Below, one piece after another: positions 19,977 to 27,765 of a stretch of 32,000 nt of DNA. The DNA lies in NCBI RefSeq assembly GCF_002803295.2, contig NZ_PGGB02000006.1, positions 196-32,195 on the forward strand, given 5' to 3'. A program made the position numbers and the translations under genes. This stretch comes from Caedibacter taeniospiralis. Its GTDB lineage: Bacteria > Pseudomonadota > Gammaproteobacteria > Francisellales > Francisellaceae. The notes below the pieces were generated by a model. That model did not search any database, was not told the origin of the DNA, and was given only the letters and a program-made list of their open reading frames with translations. The first letter of the stretch is position 1. Each line of letters opens with the position of its first letter.

Positions 19977-20317
19977 CAAACAAAACGCTGTTAGTCAATG
20001 AACATACATTGACTCATGTGCTCGCTTTGTTCCACGAAAGCTTTTCACACAGTCAACTAATGGCAGATATTCGGGCTTATGGACACATTTAACACCTACT
20101 GGATACTGCTTCCCAATTGTTTGTCAATCAGTGCGTTTCTTGGCTAAATATCATTAAGCTCAAGTGTATCGTTCGTTTCCAATTACCGCTGCGGACCAGC
20201 TCTGGATTTACACCAGATTCCCTCTTGCGTTGCATTTTGAGTAAAACATATCAGCTCTGACCATCTTTCCGTCCACCATCACCCTGCACGAAGCCGCAGG
20301 GGTCATTTGGAAACTGG

Positions 20318-20364
20318 ATTCCCGCCTTCGCGCGCTTGACCCTCTAGAGTGGTCAAGCGGGAAT
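20318..20364. repeat. palindromic unit of ATTCCCGC...GCGGGAAT type
   Basis: CGCTTGACC (20333-20341) pairs with GGTCAAGCG (20351-20359). These arms are flanked by ATTCC (20318-20322) and GGAAT (20360-20364). The loop CTCTAGAGT is itself palindromic. Confidence 0.6.
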
Positions 20365-20401
20365 GACAGTGGGATGAAAATCTTGTCTAAGCCAACAAAT
20401 C

Positions 20402-20458
20402 TGACGGATTTCAGCCCATTTTTATTTGAACAAACGCAGGGGCGTATTGAACACACCA
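20402..20458 (+). repeat. dispersed repeat, copy B (decayed copy of the 16211-16269 element)
   Basis: See copy A. Here the GTAG head reads GCAG and one hairpin arm carries 3 substitutions. Confidence 0.7.
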
Positions 20459-20559
20459 TTAGGGCTGAAATCACCATCAAAGTCAGTGAAGCAAAACACA
20501 AACCATTAGCAAATTACAAGCGATAGTGTATACGTTTTTAAACTTGCTTAGCAAGTCAT

Positions 20560-21678
20560 CTAGCTTAGGTTTTCTGCGATAGTATTTTTTATGATCATAA
20601 GCTGTTGCTGTTCAATCTTGTTTGCAATGGTTTTTTTATTACGAACATCATTAATCAACAAGGCATAGTCGTAGGTTATAAGCCTGTATTGAATGTTTTT
20701 AGCGCACTTAAGCGATGATAAAGATGCAGTATTTTCATGATAGATATATTGCAGGGCGGTAATAAATTGCTCAAACGCCCCATTGTCGCGTAGAGCATTG
20801 ATTGCTTTTAACGCACTTAGGGTGTCTTTTTCTGGTTGGGTCCTGATGCTAGCAAAGAAATGGCGGTAGCGATAAACATTTAAACATAGTGTTTGCATGG
20901 CGCGAGGAACCTTAAGTTCATCCAGGGTGTTTGATAGGGCTTGCTCTGTTAAAAGATGGTTAAGGATAAGTGCTGATAAAACATTAACGTCTTGACAGCC
21001 ACCCTGTTTTGCGTAGACAAGTGCCCGAAGATCGTCTTTATTGAGTGAGTTTAACGCTTTAAGGATATGTTGACAGGCATTAACTTGCTGCAAAGTGAAA
21101 ATAAAAACCTCAGGATTTGGTGTTGCCAGAGATTTAACAAGCTCTTGGAAAATGCGTTCACTTGAAAGGCTTTCAAGCTCTTTATTTTCAACGATTTTCT
21201 GCATGAGTTTCAAAGTCTCTGTGGCAATAGTAAACCCCAGGTAATGGTATTTAGCAGCAAAACGAGCCACCCTTAATACACGCAAGGGATCTTCAGAAAA
21301 AGCATCACTCACATGGCGAAGTTTTCTAGCAATGATGTCTTTTTGTCCGTTAAAAGGATCGTGGAGTATGCCATTTTCGTCTATTGCCATGGCATTAATC
21401 GTTAAATCACGGCGTTTTAAATCAGCGACAAGACTGACATCGTCAGTGTTGAATTGAAACCCTTTATATCCTTTATCAATTTTGTCTTCAGTTCTTGCAA
21501 GTGCGTACTCTTCATAGGTTTTAGGATGTAAGAATACGGGGAATTTTTTACCGACTTGAATAAAGCCCTTTTCAAGCATTTCCTGTTCACTGCCATTGAT
21601 CACAAGCCAGTCTTTATCCTCGATGTTTAAACCAAGCAGTTTGTCGCGTACAGCGCCGCCGACAAGATAGATTTCCAT
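20560..21678 (-). CDS. cca: CCA-adding tRNA nucleotidyltransferase (no recognisable HD-domain catalytic motifs)
   Basis: The N-terminus MEIYLVGGAVRDKLLG...RRDLTINAMA and the PLRVLRVARFAAKY block match E. coli Cca closely. At 372 aa the C-terminal half lacks the H...HD...D signature. Confidence 0.88.
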   Translation of the reverse strand: MEIYLVGGAVRDKLLGLNIEDKDWLVINGSEQEMLEKGFIQVGKKFPVFLHPKTYEEYALARTEDKIDKGYKGFQFNTDDVSLVADLKRRDLTINAMAIDENGILHDPFNGQKDIIARKLRHVSDAFSEDPLRVLRVARFAAKYHYLGFTIATETLKLMQKIVENKELESLSSERIFQELVKSLATPNPEVFIFTLQQVNACQHILKALNSLNKDDLRALVYAKQGGCQDVNVLSALILNHLLTEQALSNTLDELKVPRAMQTLCLNVYRYRHFFASIRTQPEKDTLSALKAINALRDNGAFEQFITALQYIYHENTASLSSLKCAKNIQYRLITYDYALLINDVRNKKTIANKIEQQQLMIIKNTIAENLS

Positions 21679-21769
21679 GTTTGTACCACGTTACCTGAGC
21701 TTATTCTTTATGTTACCAACAAATTTCGGTAAACTCTGTTTAATTTGTGATTTCCAAGATAAAAACAAC

Positions 21770-23530
21770 ATGCAAATTTCTGCTAATGCGCACAAGAAAA
21801 CCTATAGTTTGTACAAAAGACTGCTCTGGGAAGTGCGCGCGCTGTGGCCATTATTACTCATTTCGGTGATTGGCAGCATTATATATTCCGCTTGTGATGC
21901 CTATGCCATGTATTTGATTAAGCCCTTATTAAATAAAGGATTCACCCCGACAGGGGGGGAATTCTTAAAAGGCATTGCGTTATTGTTTCTTGTGCTTTTT
22001 ACCTTGCGTGGCGTGGGATCTTTTCTGTCATCATTTTTTATGGGGAAGCTCGGTGCGCAGGTGGTGTATCGCTTTCGTAAAAGAATGTTTGGCAAGTTTT
22101 TGGATCTTCCCGCACACTATTATGATAAAACGTCTTCGGGTAAGCTTTTGTCCAAGCTTTTGTACAACGTTGACCAGGTAACCAGTGCAACGGGTAACGC
22201 AATTATTACTGTGGTGCAAGATGGCACCTTTGTGATTGGTCTTATCATTGTGATGGTTGTAACCAGCTGGCAGTTATCGATTACCGTGATTGTGGTGGCG
22301 CCATTTTTAGCCATTTTTATTACATGGATCAGTAAGAAATTTCGCCACTACAGTCGCAACACCCAAGCTGCCATGGGCTCAGTGACGCACTTTGCCGAAG
22401 AAGCATTGATTAATTATAAGGAGATTCGCATTTTTGGTGGACAGAAATATCAACTACAGAAATTTGATCAAAACCTGACTTACACTTATCGCCAGCAAAT
22501 TAAGACTCTTATGCTTGATGGTTTATCATCACCGATCATCCAGTTTATTGGTGCAATTGTAATTGCAGTAATTTTATTTATCGTCGCAACCTATGGTTTA
22601 AAGGAAGGTGGATGGCTTGATGCTGGTGGCTTTGTGGCGTTTTTTGCGTCGATGATGGCGATTTTAAAGCCGATTAAAAATTTAACGAATGTGAACTCAA
22701 CCATCCAAAAGGCAATTGCGGCAACTGAAGATATTTTTGAAATTCTGGATGCACAATCCGAAGAGGATACTGGGATAAAAACACTGGAAAAAGTGAAGGG
22801 TCACGTTGAATTTAAAGGCGTTCATTTTCAGTACCCCGAAAGTAAACAGATGGTGCTAAAAGAGATTAATCTCACGGCTGAAGCTGGGCAAACCGTTGCG
22901 TTGGTTGGGCGCTCAGGAGGGGGTAAAACGACGATAGTGAATTTATTGGCACGTTTCTATCAACCAACCAGGGGGCGGATCCTGCTGGATGGCGAAAATA
23001 CGCAGTCATTAACTTTGGCAAACTTGCGTAGTCATATTTCGTTAGTATCGCAACATGTTAATTTATTTGATGATACGCTTTTTCATAATATTGCTTATGG
23101 TCGCGAGGGTGAGGTTTCCGAGGAGGAAGTCATTCAAGCAGCGAAAGCGGCAAATGCGTGGGAGTTTATCGAAAAGCTTCCAAAAGGCTTATATACCGAG
23201 GTCGGGCAAAACGGCTTAAGCCTTTCAGGTGGGCAGCGTCAGCGTGTTGCCATCGCCAGAGCACTGTTGAAAAATGCGCCTGTGTTAATTTTAGATGAAG
23301 CAACGAGTGCGCTTGATAATGAGTCAGAACGTATTGTGCAGCAAGCACTTGAGAGACTCATGAAAAACCGCACGACTTTTGTGGTAGCGCACAGATTATC
23401 AACAGTTGAACATGCGGATCAAATTGTGGTCATGGACGGTGGCGAAATTGTTGAGATCGGCAATCATCAATCGCTTTTAGAAAATGAAAACGGCTTGTAT
23501 TACCAGCTATATCATCAATCACTTCACTAG
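21770..23530 (+). CDS. msbA: lipid A export ABC transporter MsbA (permease/ATPase)
   Basis: Colinear with E. coli MsbA: six-TM domain then NBD (GRSGGGKTT Walker A, LSGGQRQR signature, ILDEATSALD Walker B). It is followed by lpxK as in E. coli. The start is set at the Met at 21770 (586 aa); the longest ORF starts at 21677. Confidence 0.92.
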   Translation: MQISANAHKKTYSLYKRLLWEVRALWPLLLISVIGSIIYSACDAYAMYLIKPLLNKGFTPTGGEFLKGIALLFLVLFTLRGVGSFLSSFFMGKLGAQVVYRFRKRMFGKFLDLPAHYYDKTSSGKLLSKLLYNVDQVTSATGNAIITVVQDGTFVIGLIIVMVVTSWQLSITVIVVAPFLAIFITWISKKFRHYSRNTQAAMGSVTHFAEEALINYKEIRIFGGQKYQLQKFDQNLTYTYRQQIKTLMLDGLSSPIIQFIGAIVIAVILFIVATYGLKEGGWLDAGGFVAFFASMMAILKPIKNLTNVNSTIQKAIAATEDIFEILDAQSEEDTGIKTLEKVKGHVEFKGVHFQYPESKQMVLKEINLTAEAGQTVALVGRSGGGKTTIVNLLARFYQPTRGRILLDGENTQSLTLANLRSHISLVSQHVNLFDDTLFHNIAYGREGEVSEEEVIQAAKAANAWEFIEKLPKGLYTEVGQNGLSLSGGQRQRVAIARALLKNAPVLILDEATSALDNESERIVQQALERLMKNRTTFVVAHRLSTVEHADQIVVMDGGEIVEIGNHQSLLENENGLYYQLYHQSLH

Positions 23531-23546
23531 AACTTAAGTCATTTCG

Positions 23547-24563
23547 ATGCAGAAAGATTGGTATCAAACACATAAAACCTGGCGTGCCATTTTGCTTATG
23601 CCATTGTCATGGGTGTTTTCGTTTAGCGCACACGAACGTAAACTTGTATTGCAACGGCACGCTTATAAAAGCATGCTTCCCATTATTGTGGTTGGTAACA
23701 TCGCTGTTGGCGGCACGGGCAAAACTCCTGTTGTACAGGTTCTGTGTCAGTATTTGCAAAAAAAAGGCTATTATCCTGCGATAATCACGCGAGGATTTGG
23801 TGGCAAGGCTAAGCATTACCCATTTGCCATTAATGAGCAGTGCTCTCCTAAAGAGTGTGGTGATGAGCCATATATGCTAAGCAAGTTACTTCAAGGCATT
23901 CCAATCGTTGTTTCACCAAAACGAGTTGATTCAGTTAAGTGGATCGAAAGTCGATTGCCAAAGGTTAATGTCATTATCAGTGATGATGGGTTACAGCATT
24001 ATGCTATGGCGCGTGATATTGAAATAGCCGTCGTTGACGGACAGCGTATGTTTGGTAATGGTTTGTGTTTGCCAGCAGGTCGCTTGCGTGAGCCTGTCAG
24101 ACGCTTGAAAAAAGTGGATTTTGTAATCATTAATGGTGGTGCTAATAAACGCGATTGCGAGGGAATCACTGCATTTGGGATGGAGTTAAAAGCAGATGCT
24201 TTGGTTAATATCGCCACTGGAGAACCACATTCAATTGCTGCTTTTATCATGAAATACGGCAAGGCTTGCTATGCGATTGCAGGCATTGGTAATCCCGATC
24301 GTTTTTTTGAAAGCTTACGCAGATTGGGTTTTAACGAATTAAAGGCACATCCATTTGCCGACCATTATGCGTATAATCACAAGGACTTTGACTTTGTTAC
24401 GCATGCAAATATGCCTGTAGTCATGACTCATAAGGATGCGGTTAAGTGTCAGTCGTTTGCAAAGGGTAACTGGTATTATCTGGCAGTTTTGCCAGCGATA
24501 GATAACGGTTTTTTTGAGGATGTTAGCGAAAGCCTGTCCTTGCTGGAAAAGGCAAAAAGGTGA
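23547..24563 (+). CDS. lpxK: tetraacyldisaccharide 4'-kinase
   Basis: P-loop VGNIAVGGTGKTP, a size of 338 aa, and the conserved msbA-lpxK linkage. Confidence 0.92.
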   Translation: MQKDWYQTHKTWRAILLMPLSWVFSFSAHERKLVLQRHAYKSMLPIIVVGNIAVGGTGKTPVVQVLCQYLQKKGYYPAIITRGFGGKAKHYPFAINEQCSPKECGDEPYMLSKLLQGIPIVVSPKRVDSVKWIESRLPKVNVIISDDGLQHYAMARDIEIAVVDGQRMFGNGLCLPAGRLREPVRRLKKVDFVIINGGANKRDCEGITAFGMELKADALVNIATGEPHSIAAFIMKYGKACYAIAGIGNPDRFFESLRRLGFNELKAHPFADHYAYNHKDFDFVTHANMPVVMTHKDAVKCQSFAKGNWYYLAVLPAIDNGFFEDVSESLSLLEKAKR

Positions 24564-24580
24564 CTTAACAGAGAGTTGGG

Positions 24581-25090
24581 TTAGGGGTGATGCGCCAATT
24601 CAATATAACTCACAGGATTATCAGGGCACTCGCTAAAACCGCATTCAGCAAAGGTTGAAATGATATTGGCAGCGATCATGATCACAAGGATCAGAAATAC
24701 CATGTGGCTAAACATGCGAATTTTCTCCGCTTTTGCCTCAGCAATTTCAGCTTTATTTTGTTGGGTTTCATACTGCTGGGTTATGCCAAGGACAAGTGCA
24801 ATGTAGATAATCGCGACAACACACAGTATGAATACCCAGGTGTACATGTGTAGTCCAAAAATAGCAGAGCCGTATCCAAGAGGATCATTGATGTGTAACG
24901 CCATTTGGCGCATGGCAACGAAAGACGTTAAAACAGCCGAAAGCAGTGATAAACTATAATGCGCAGGGCGCACATGATAACGGATGTTTAATAAGAAGCC
25001 AAAGGCGATCCCTAATAAGCCCAGGCGCTGTAGCAAACACAGAGGGCAAGGGAGCTCATCCAATATAAATTGAAATAAAAATGCCATCAA
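24581..25090 (-). CDS. DsbB-family-like membrane thiol oxidoreductase (intact part of the frame; a 5' extension to ATG 25165 is blocked by an in-frame TGA)
   Basis: It has a CPLCLLQR motif (DsbB CxxC..QR) after a hydrophobic helix, then multiple TM helices and a second Cys pair CGFSEC at the C-terminus. The same frame continues upstream through TGA (25130-25132) to an ATG at 25165, which has a strong TAAGGAG SD. Confidence 0.55.
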   Translation of the reverse strand: MMAFLFQFILDELPCPLCLLQRLGLLGIAFGFLLNIRYHVRPAHYSLSLLSAVLTSFVAMRQMALHINDPLGYGSAIFGLHMYTWVFILCVVAIIYIALVLGITQQYETQQNKAEIAEAKAEKIRMFSHMVFLILVIMIAANIISTFAECGFSECPDNPVSYIELAHHP

Positions 25091-25177
25091 AATAACGAGT
25101 GTGATGGCGAGGATTTCAATCGCATTAAATCATTTGACCAGGTTGTTGATTTGTGAAGCTTGCATGCTCAATTCTCC

Positions 25178-25336
25178 TTAGAAGTGTAAACCAAGGTGAT
25201 CAGTAGCGTGATGTAAAAACACCAACCCCATCACAATTAAAAACAGGAAAAAAAGGGTAATTCCCGCCTTGCGATTAAACCAGGCCGTTAGTACGCTGAT
25301 TAAGAGCAGCAAAAAGGTGAATAAGATTCCAGGCAT
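25178..25336 (-). CDS. small two-TM membrane protein (52 aa), not in the supplied ORF track
   Basis: The sequence ATG...TAA translates to MPGILFTFLLLLISVLTAWFNRKAGITLFFLFLIVMGLVFLHHATDHLGLHF. GGAG lies 8 nt upstream of its ATG, and its TAA stop is part of the TAAGGAG SD of the downstream DsbB-like frame. Confidence 0.45.
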   Translation of the reverse strand: MPGILFTFLLLLISVLTAWFNRKAGITLFFLFLIVMGLVFLHHATDHLGLHF

Positions 25337-25561
25337 ATTGGTTACTCCATTAATTAAAAATAAACACCTTGCGAGTATAGCTTAAGTTTTGCTTGTAGTG
25401 TTCAGTTTGCATGAACGAAACAATGCCAGGTTTCTTTGTCATCATAGCAATTTAAGATAATATTACTCAAAGACCAATATCAAGAGCGAAGACATTAATT
25501 TGAGTGTTCAAAGTGGAAGAGCTTCCCAAAATTCCTATGGGGAGAGAGAACAGGAGATTGA

Positions 25562-26422
25562 CTATAATTTTAACCTTTTAACCAAAACATCCTGTTTTGC
25601 GTGATGTAATACTGCGTTTGCGGTGGATCCCAGGAAAAATCGACCAAAGGCACCACGCTGGTGGCTTCCCATGATGATTAAGCCATAGCCATGAGAGTTT
25701 GCAGTTTCAGTAATTTCATCCGCGGCACTGCCAGATTGCAGATAACGCTGCCCCTTGAATTGATGTTTATTAGACCAGGTTTCAAGCGTTTGTTGCATAT
25801 CTTCAGTCAGCTGTGTTTGCACCTCAGGGACAATCCCGTAGATTCCAGTCACGACGGTGGGGTCACCCTCAACGCAAATCGTAGAGACAGAAGCTGAGAA
25901 AGCATGTGCAACTTCCTGCGCTAACTGGGCAACTTCTGCACTATCATCTTCCAGATCAGTAGCAAGGAGAATCTTATTGTAGTGGGTGACCTGGTTAGGG
26001 ACATTTCCACGGATACGAACCGTTAAAACATCACATTTAGACTTATGTAATACGCTGTTAGCCGTCGATCCTAGCAAAAGGTTTAACCCATGGCGTGCAT
26101 GAGAGCCAATGATAATTAAGTCGCAGTCATGTTCTTCTGCATAGTGAGTGATTTCATAATTTGGATTGCCTTGGGCAATGTGAAATTCAGTACTGATGCC
26201 ATCAAATTTCGGCTTTATTTCTCGCAGCTTTTGTCTGGCGTTTTCCTGCAAACTTTTTTGAAAATCCATTGCCGCGGGGACAAACTCCGCCGCATTATCA
26301 ATAACCGTGATCACATCAAGTTTTAACTTTAATTTCTGAGCAACTGCCACTGCAGAGGCAATTACATGCTCAGTGTTCTCGTAAATATTGATGGCAACCA
26401 GTGCTTTTTTGTATGTCATCAT
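25562..26422 (-). CDS. universal stress protein with tandem USP domains (UspE-like)
   Basis: Two USP repeats each end in G(S)H.R.......LGSTAN.VL. They read IIGSHARHGLNLLLGSTANSVLH and IMGSHQRGAFGRFFLGSTANAVLH. Confidence 0.88.
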   Translation of the reverse strand: MMTYKKALVAINIYENTEHVIASAVAVAQKLKLKLDVITVIDNAAEFVPAAMDFQKSLQENARQKLREIKPKFDGISTEFHIAQGNPNYEITHYAEEHDCDLIIIGSHARHGLNLLLGSTANSVLHKSKCDVLTVRIRGNVPNQVTHYNKILLATDLEDDSAEVAQLAQEVAHAFSASVSTICVEGDPTVVTGIYGIVPEVQTQLTEDMQQTLETWSNKHQFKGQRYLQSGSAADEITETANSHGYGLIIMGSHQRGAFGRFFLGSTANAVLHHAKQDVLVKRLKL

Positions 26423-26610
26423 TAAACTCCCTATTGTGTTTAGCCATGAGTGAAAATTCCACGAACCCAGTGTAACAATAGTTTCTGCGAACTGCTAGGG
26501 CGCATTTCAAATTTGTGGGCGCGGAATGACGATTAAGCGCCTAAAGTCACAAACGGTTTTAGACCATCATTTGGTGAGTTCTTAATGTTACATCCATCGG
26601 GCATAAACAT

Positions 26611-27639
26611 TCACCTTTGCGCCGCTTCGATTAGTTGTAACGTATCTATTAATTTCTTAAATGAAAACATCAGCAAACTGGCGTGTCTAAGATCACTTTG
26701 AATATTCATCGATTGACTAAATTCTTTCAAAAAGTCATTTAACTGACCATAATCCGTGACGTATTCAGCATGGTCAAAGGTCTGACTTTTCAGGTTTAAG
26801 CTTAGTTTCATGGAAACTTCATTGATTTTATTGTACATCGAAACAAACGCAGGGTTTTCCGCGAATTTTTGCCGTTTTTGCGGATAAGCTTCGACATAAT
26901 CATAAATCACACAGGTATAGCGATAAAATTGACGCAAATGGCGCGTGGTAGCTTTAAGCGCATCGATATCAATGTGCGTACTCTCGTGCATGATTTCTTT
27001 GTGCAGCACGATTTGTCTTGAGAAATGACCAAAGATTTCGACTAATATATCGCCGTAATCCCCACCTGCAAATAACCTCTGATTAAGTTTATGGATACAA
27101 TTTATCGTATCAGCAAAGGATTGATAAATGCGCTTGTGCGCGTGAATAGGAAAGAAGTAGCGATTGACAATAATCGCTATGATTATTCCAACTAAAACTT
27201 CCAATGTACGATAACATGCGGTTTCAAGGCTCACATTGCTGCTAAATAAAATAATCGCCACGGTCACAGCGCCTAAAACCCCCGCATACGTATATTTGTT
27301 TGAGCTTGTTGCTGTAAAGACAGCCACGGCAATCAGACAAAATCCCAAAACAAGTTGCATCACCCAAAGTGTTGGGAAAATTAAGATAACAATAATTGAA
27401 GACCCTGCCCCTAGTAAAGTCCCTAAAAAACGCATCTTGGCTTTCTCAAGCGTACCCCCTAGATTGGGTTGGCTTGACATCACGACCAAAACAGTAATGA
27501 CAATCCAATCATACATCTGCTCAATATCCAACCATTTGCCAAGAAGATGTCCAACGGCATAGGCAATCGCACTTGCCAAGACTGCTTTTAGCGCGTTGAT
27601 TAGCGAATATCTTTTACTGTAAAGCATACTGGTGATCAC
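26611..27639 (-). CDS. FUSC / aromatic-acid-exporter-like membrane protein
   Basis: The N-terminal half has about 5-6 TM helices with the typical ALKAVLASAIAYAVGHLL opening of FUSC/ArAE proteins, followed by a soluble helical C-terminal half. By-eye family call. Confidence 0.55.
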   Translation of the reverse strand: MITSMLYSKRYSLINALKAVLASAIAYAVGHLLGKWLDIEQMYDWIVITVLVVMSSQPNLGGTLEKAKMRFLGTLLGAGSSIIVILIFPTLWVMQLVLGFCLIAVAVFTATSSNKYTYAGVLGAVTVAIILFSSNVSLETACYRTLEVLVGIIIAIIVNRYFFPIHAHKRIYQSFADTINCIHKLNQRLFAGGDYGDILVEIFGHFSRQIVLHKEIMHESTHIDIDALKATTRHLRQFYRYTCVIYDYVEAYPQKRQKFAENPAFVSMYNKINEVSMKLSLNLKSQTFDHAEYVTDYGQLNDFLKEFSQSMNIQSDLRHASLLMFSFKKLIDTLQLIEAAQR

Positions 27640-27699
27640 GATAAATCTCCTGTCATTTCTACCAGCGTCAGTATAGCGCCAAATAGTGCACGGTTTTAG

Positions 27700-27727
27700 A
27701 TGACAAGCAAAATGGTGTTGCTATTAT
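27700..27727 (+). promoter_or_regulatory. putative sigma70 promoter (ATGACA-N16-TGcTATTAT) for the downstream membrane protein gene
   Basis: A -35-like ATGACA lies at 27700-27705 and an extended -10 TGcTATTAT at 27719-27727. The site is about 40 nt upstream of the ATG at 27766. Pattern only. Confidence 0.4.
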
Positions 27728-27765
27728 AAGCCTGTTTTTTTAGCTTTTTAGTGACAGGAATTTAT

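Noticed and set aside
19730-20200. Cobalamin riboswitch or NrdR boxes upstream of nrdA
   Set aside because: I looked on the minus strand for a B12 box (GCCACTG-type core) and for tandem 16-bp NrdR palindromes (acaCwAtATaTwGtgt) and found no convincing match by eye. A PWM or covariance-model scan would be needed to exclude them.
20208-20501. 97-aa ORF on the minus strand in the nrdA-cca spacer
   Set aside because: It reads straight through palindromic repeat units (giving ...SFPLDHSRGSSARRRESS...). It has no SD, and its sequence is explained by the repeats. It is most likely not coding.
20520-20559. ACTTGC-TAA-GCAAGT hairpin followed by TTTAAAAA just downstream of the cca stop
   Set aside because: The 6-bp AT-rich stem and the interrupted T-tract are too weak to call a terminator with confidence.
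25130-25132. TGA decoded as Trp (code 4) or selenocysteine in the DsbB-like gene and at 52-54 in the transposase
   Set aside because: TGA terminates ettA (7564-7566), the DMT gene (8645-8647) and proC (10049-10051) at orthologue-consistent lengths. No convincing SECIS-like hairpin follows either TGA.
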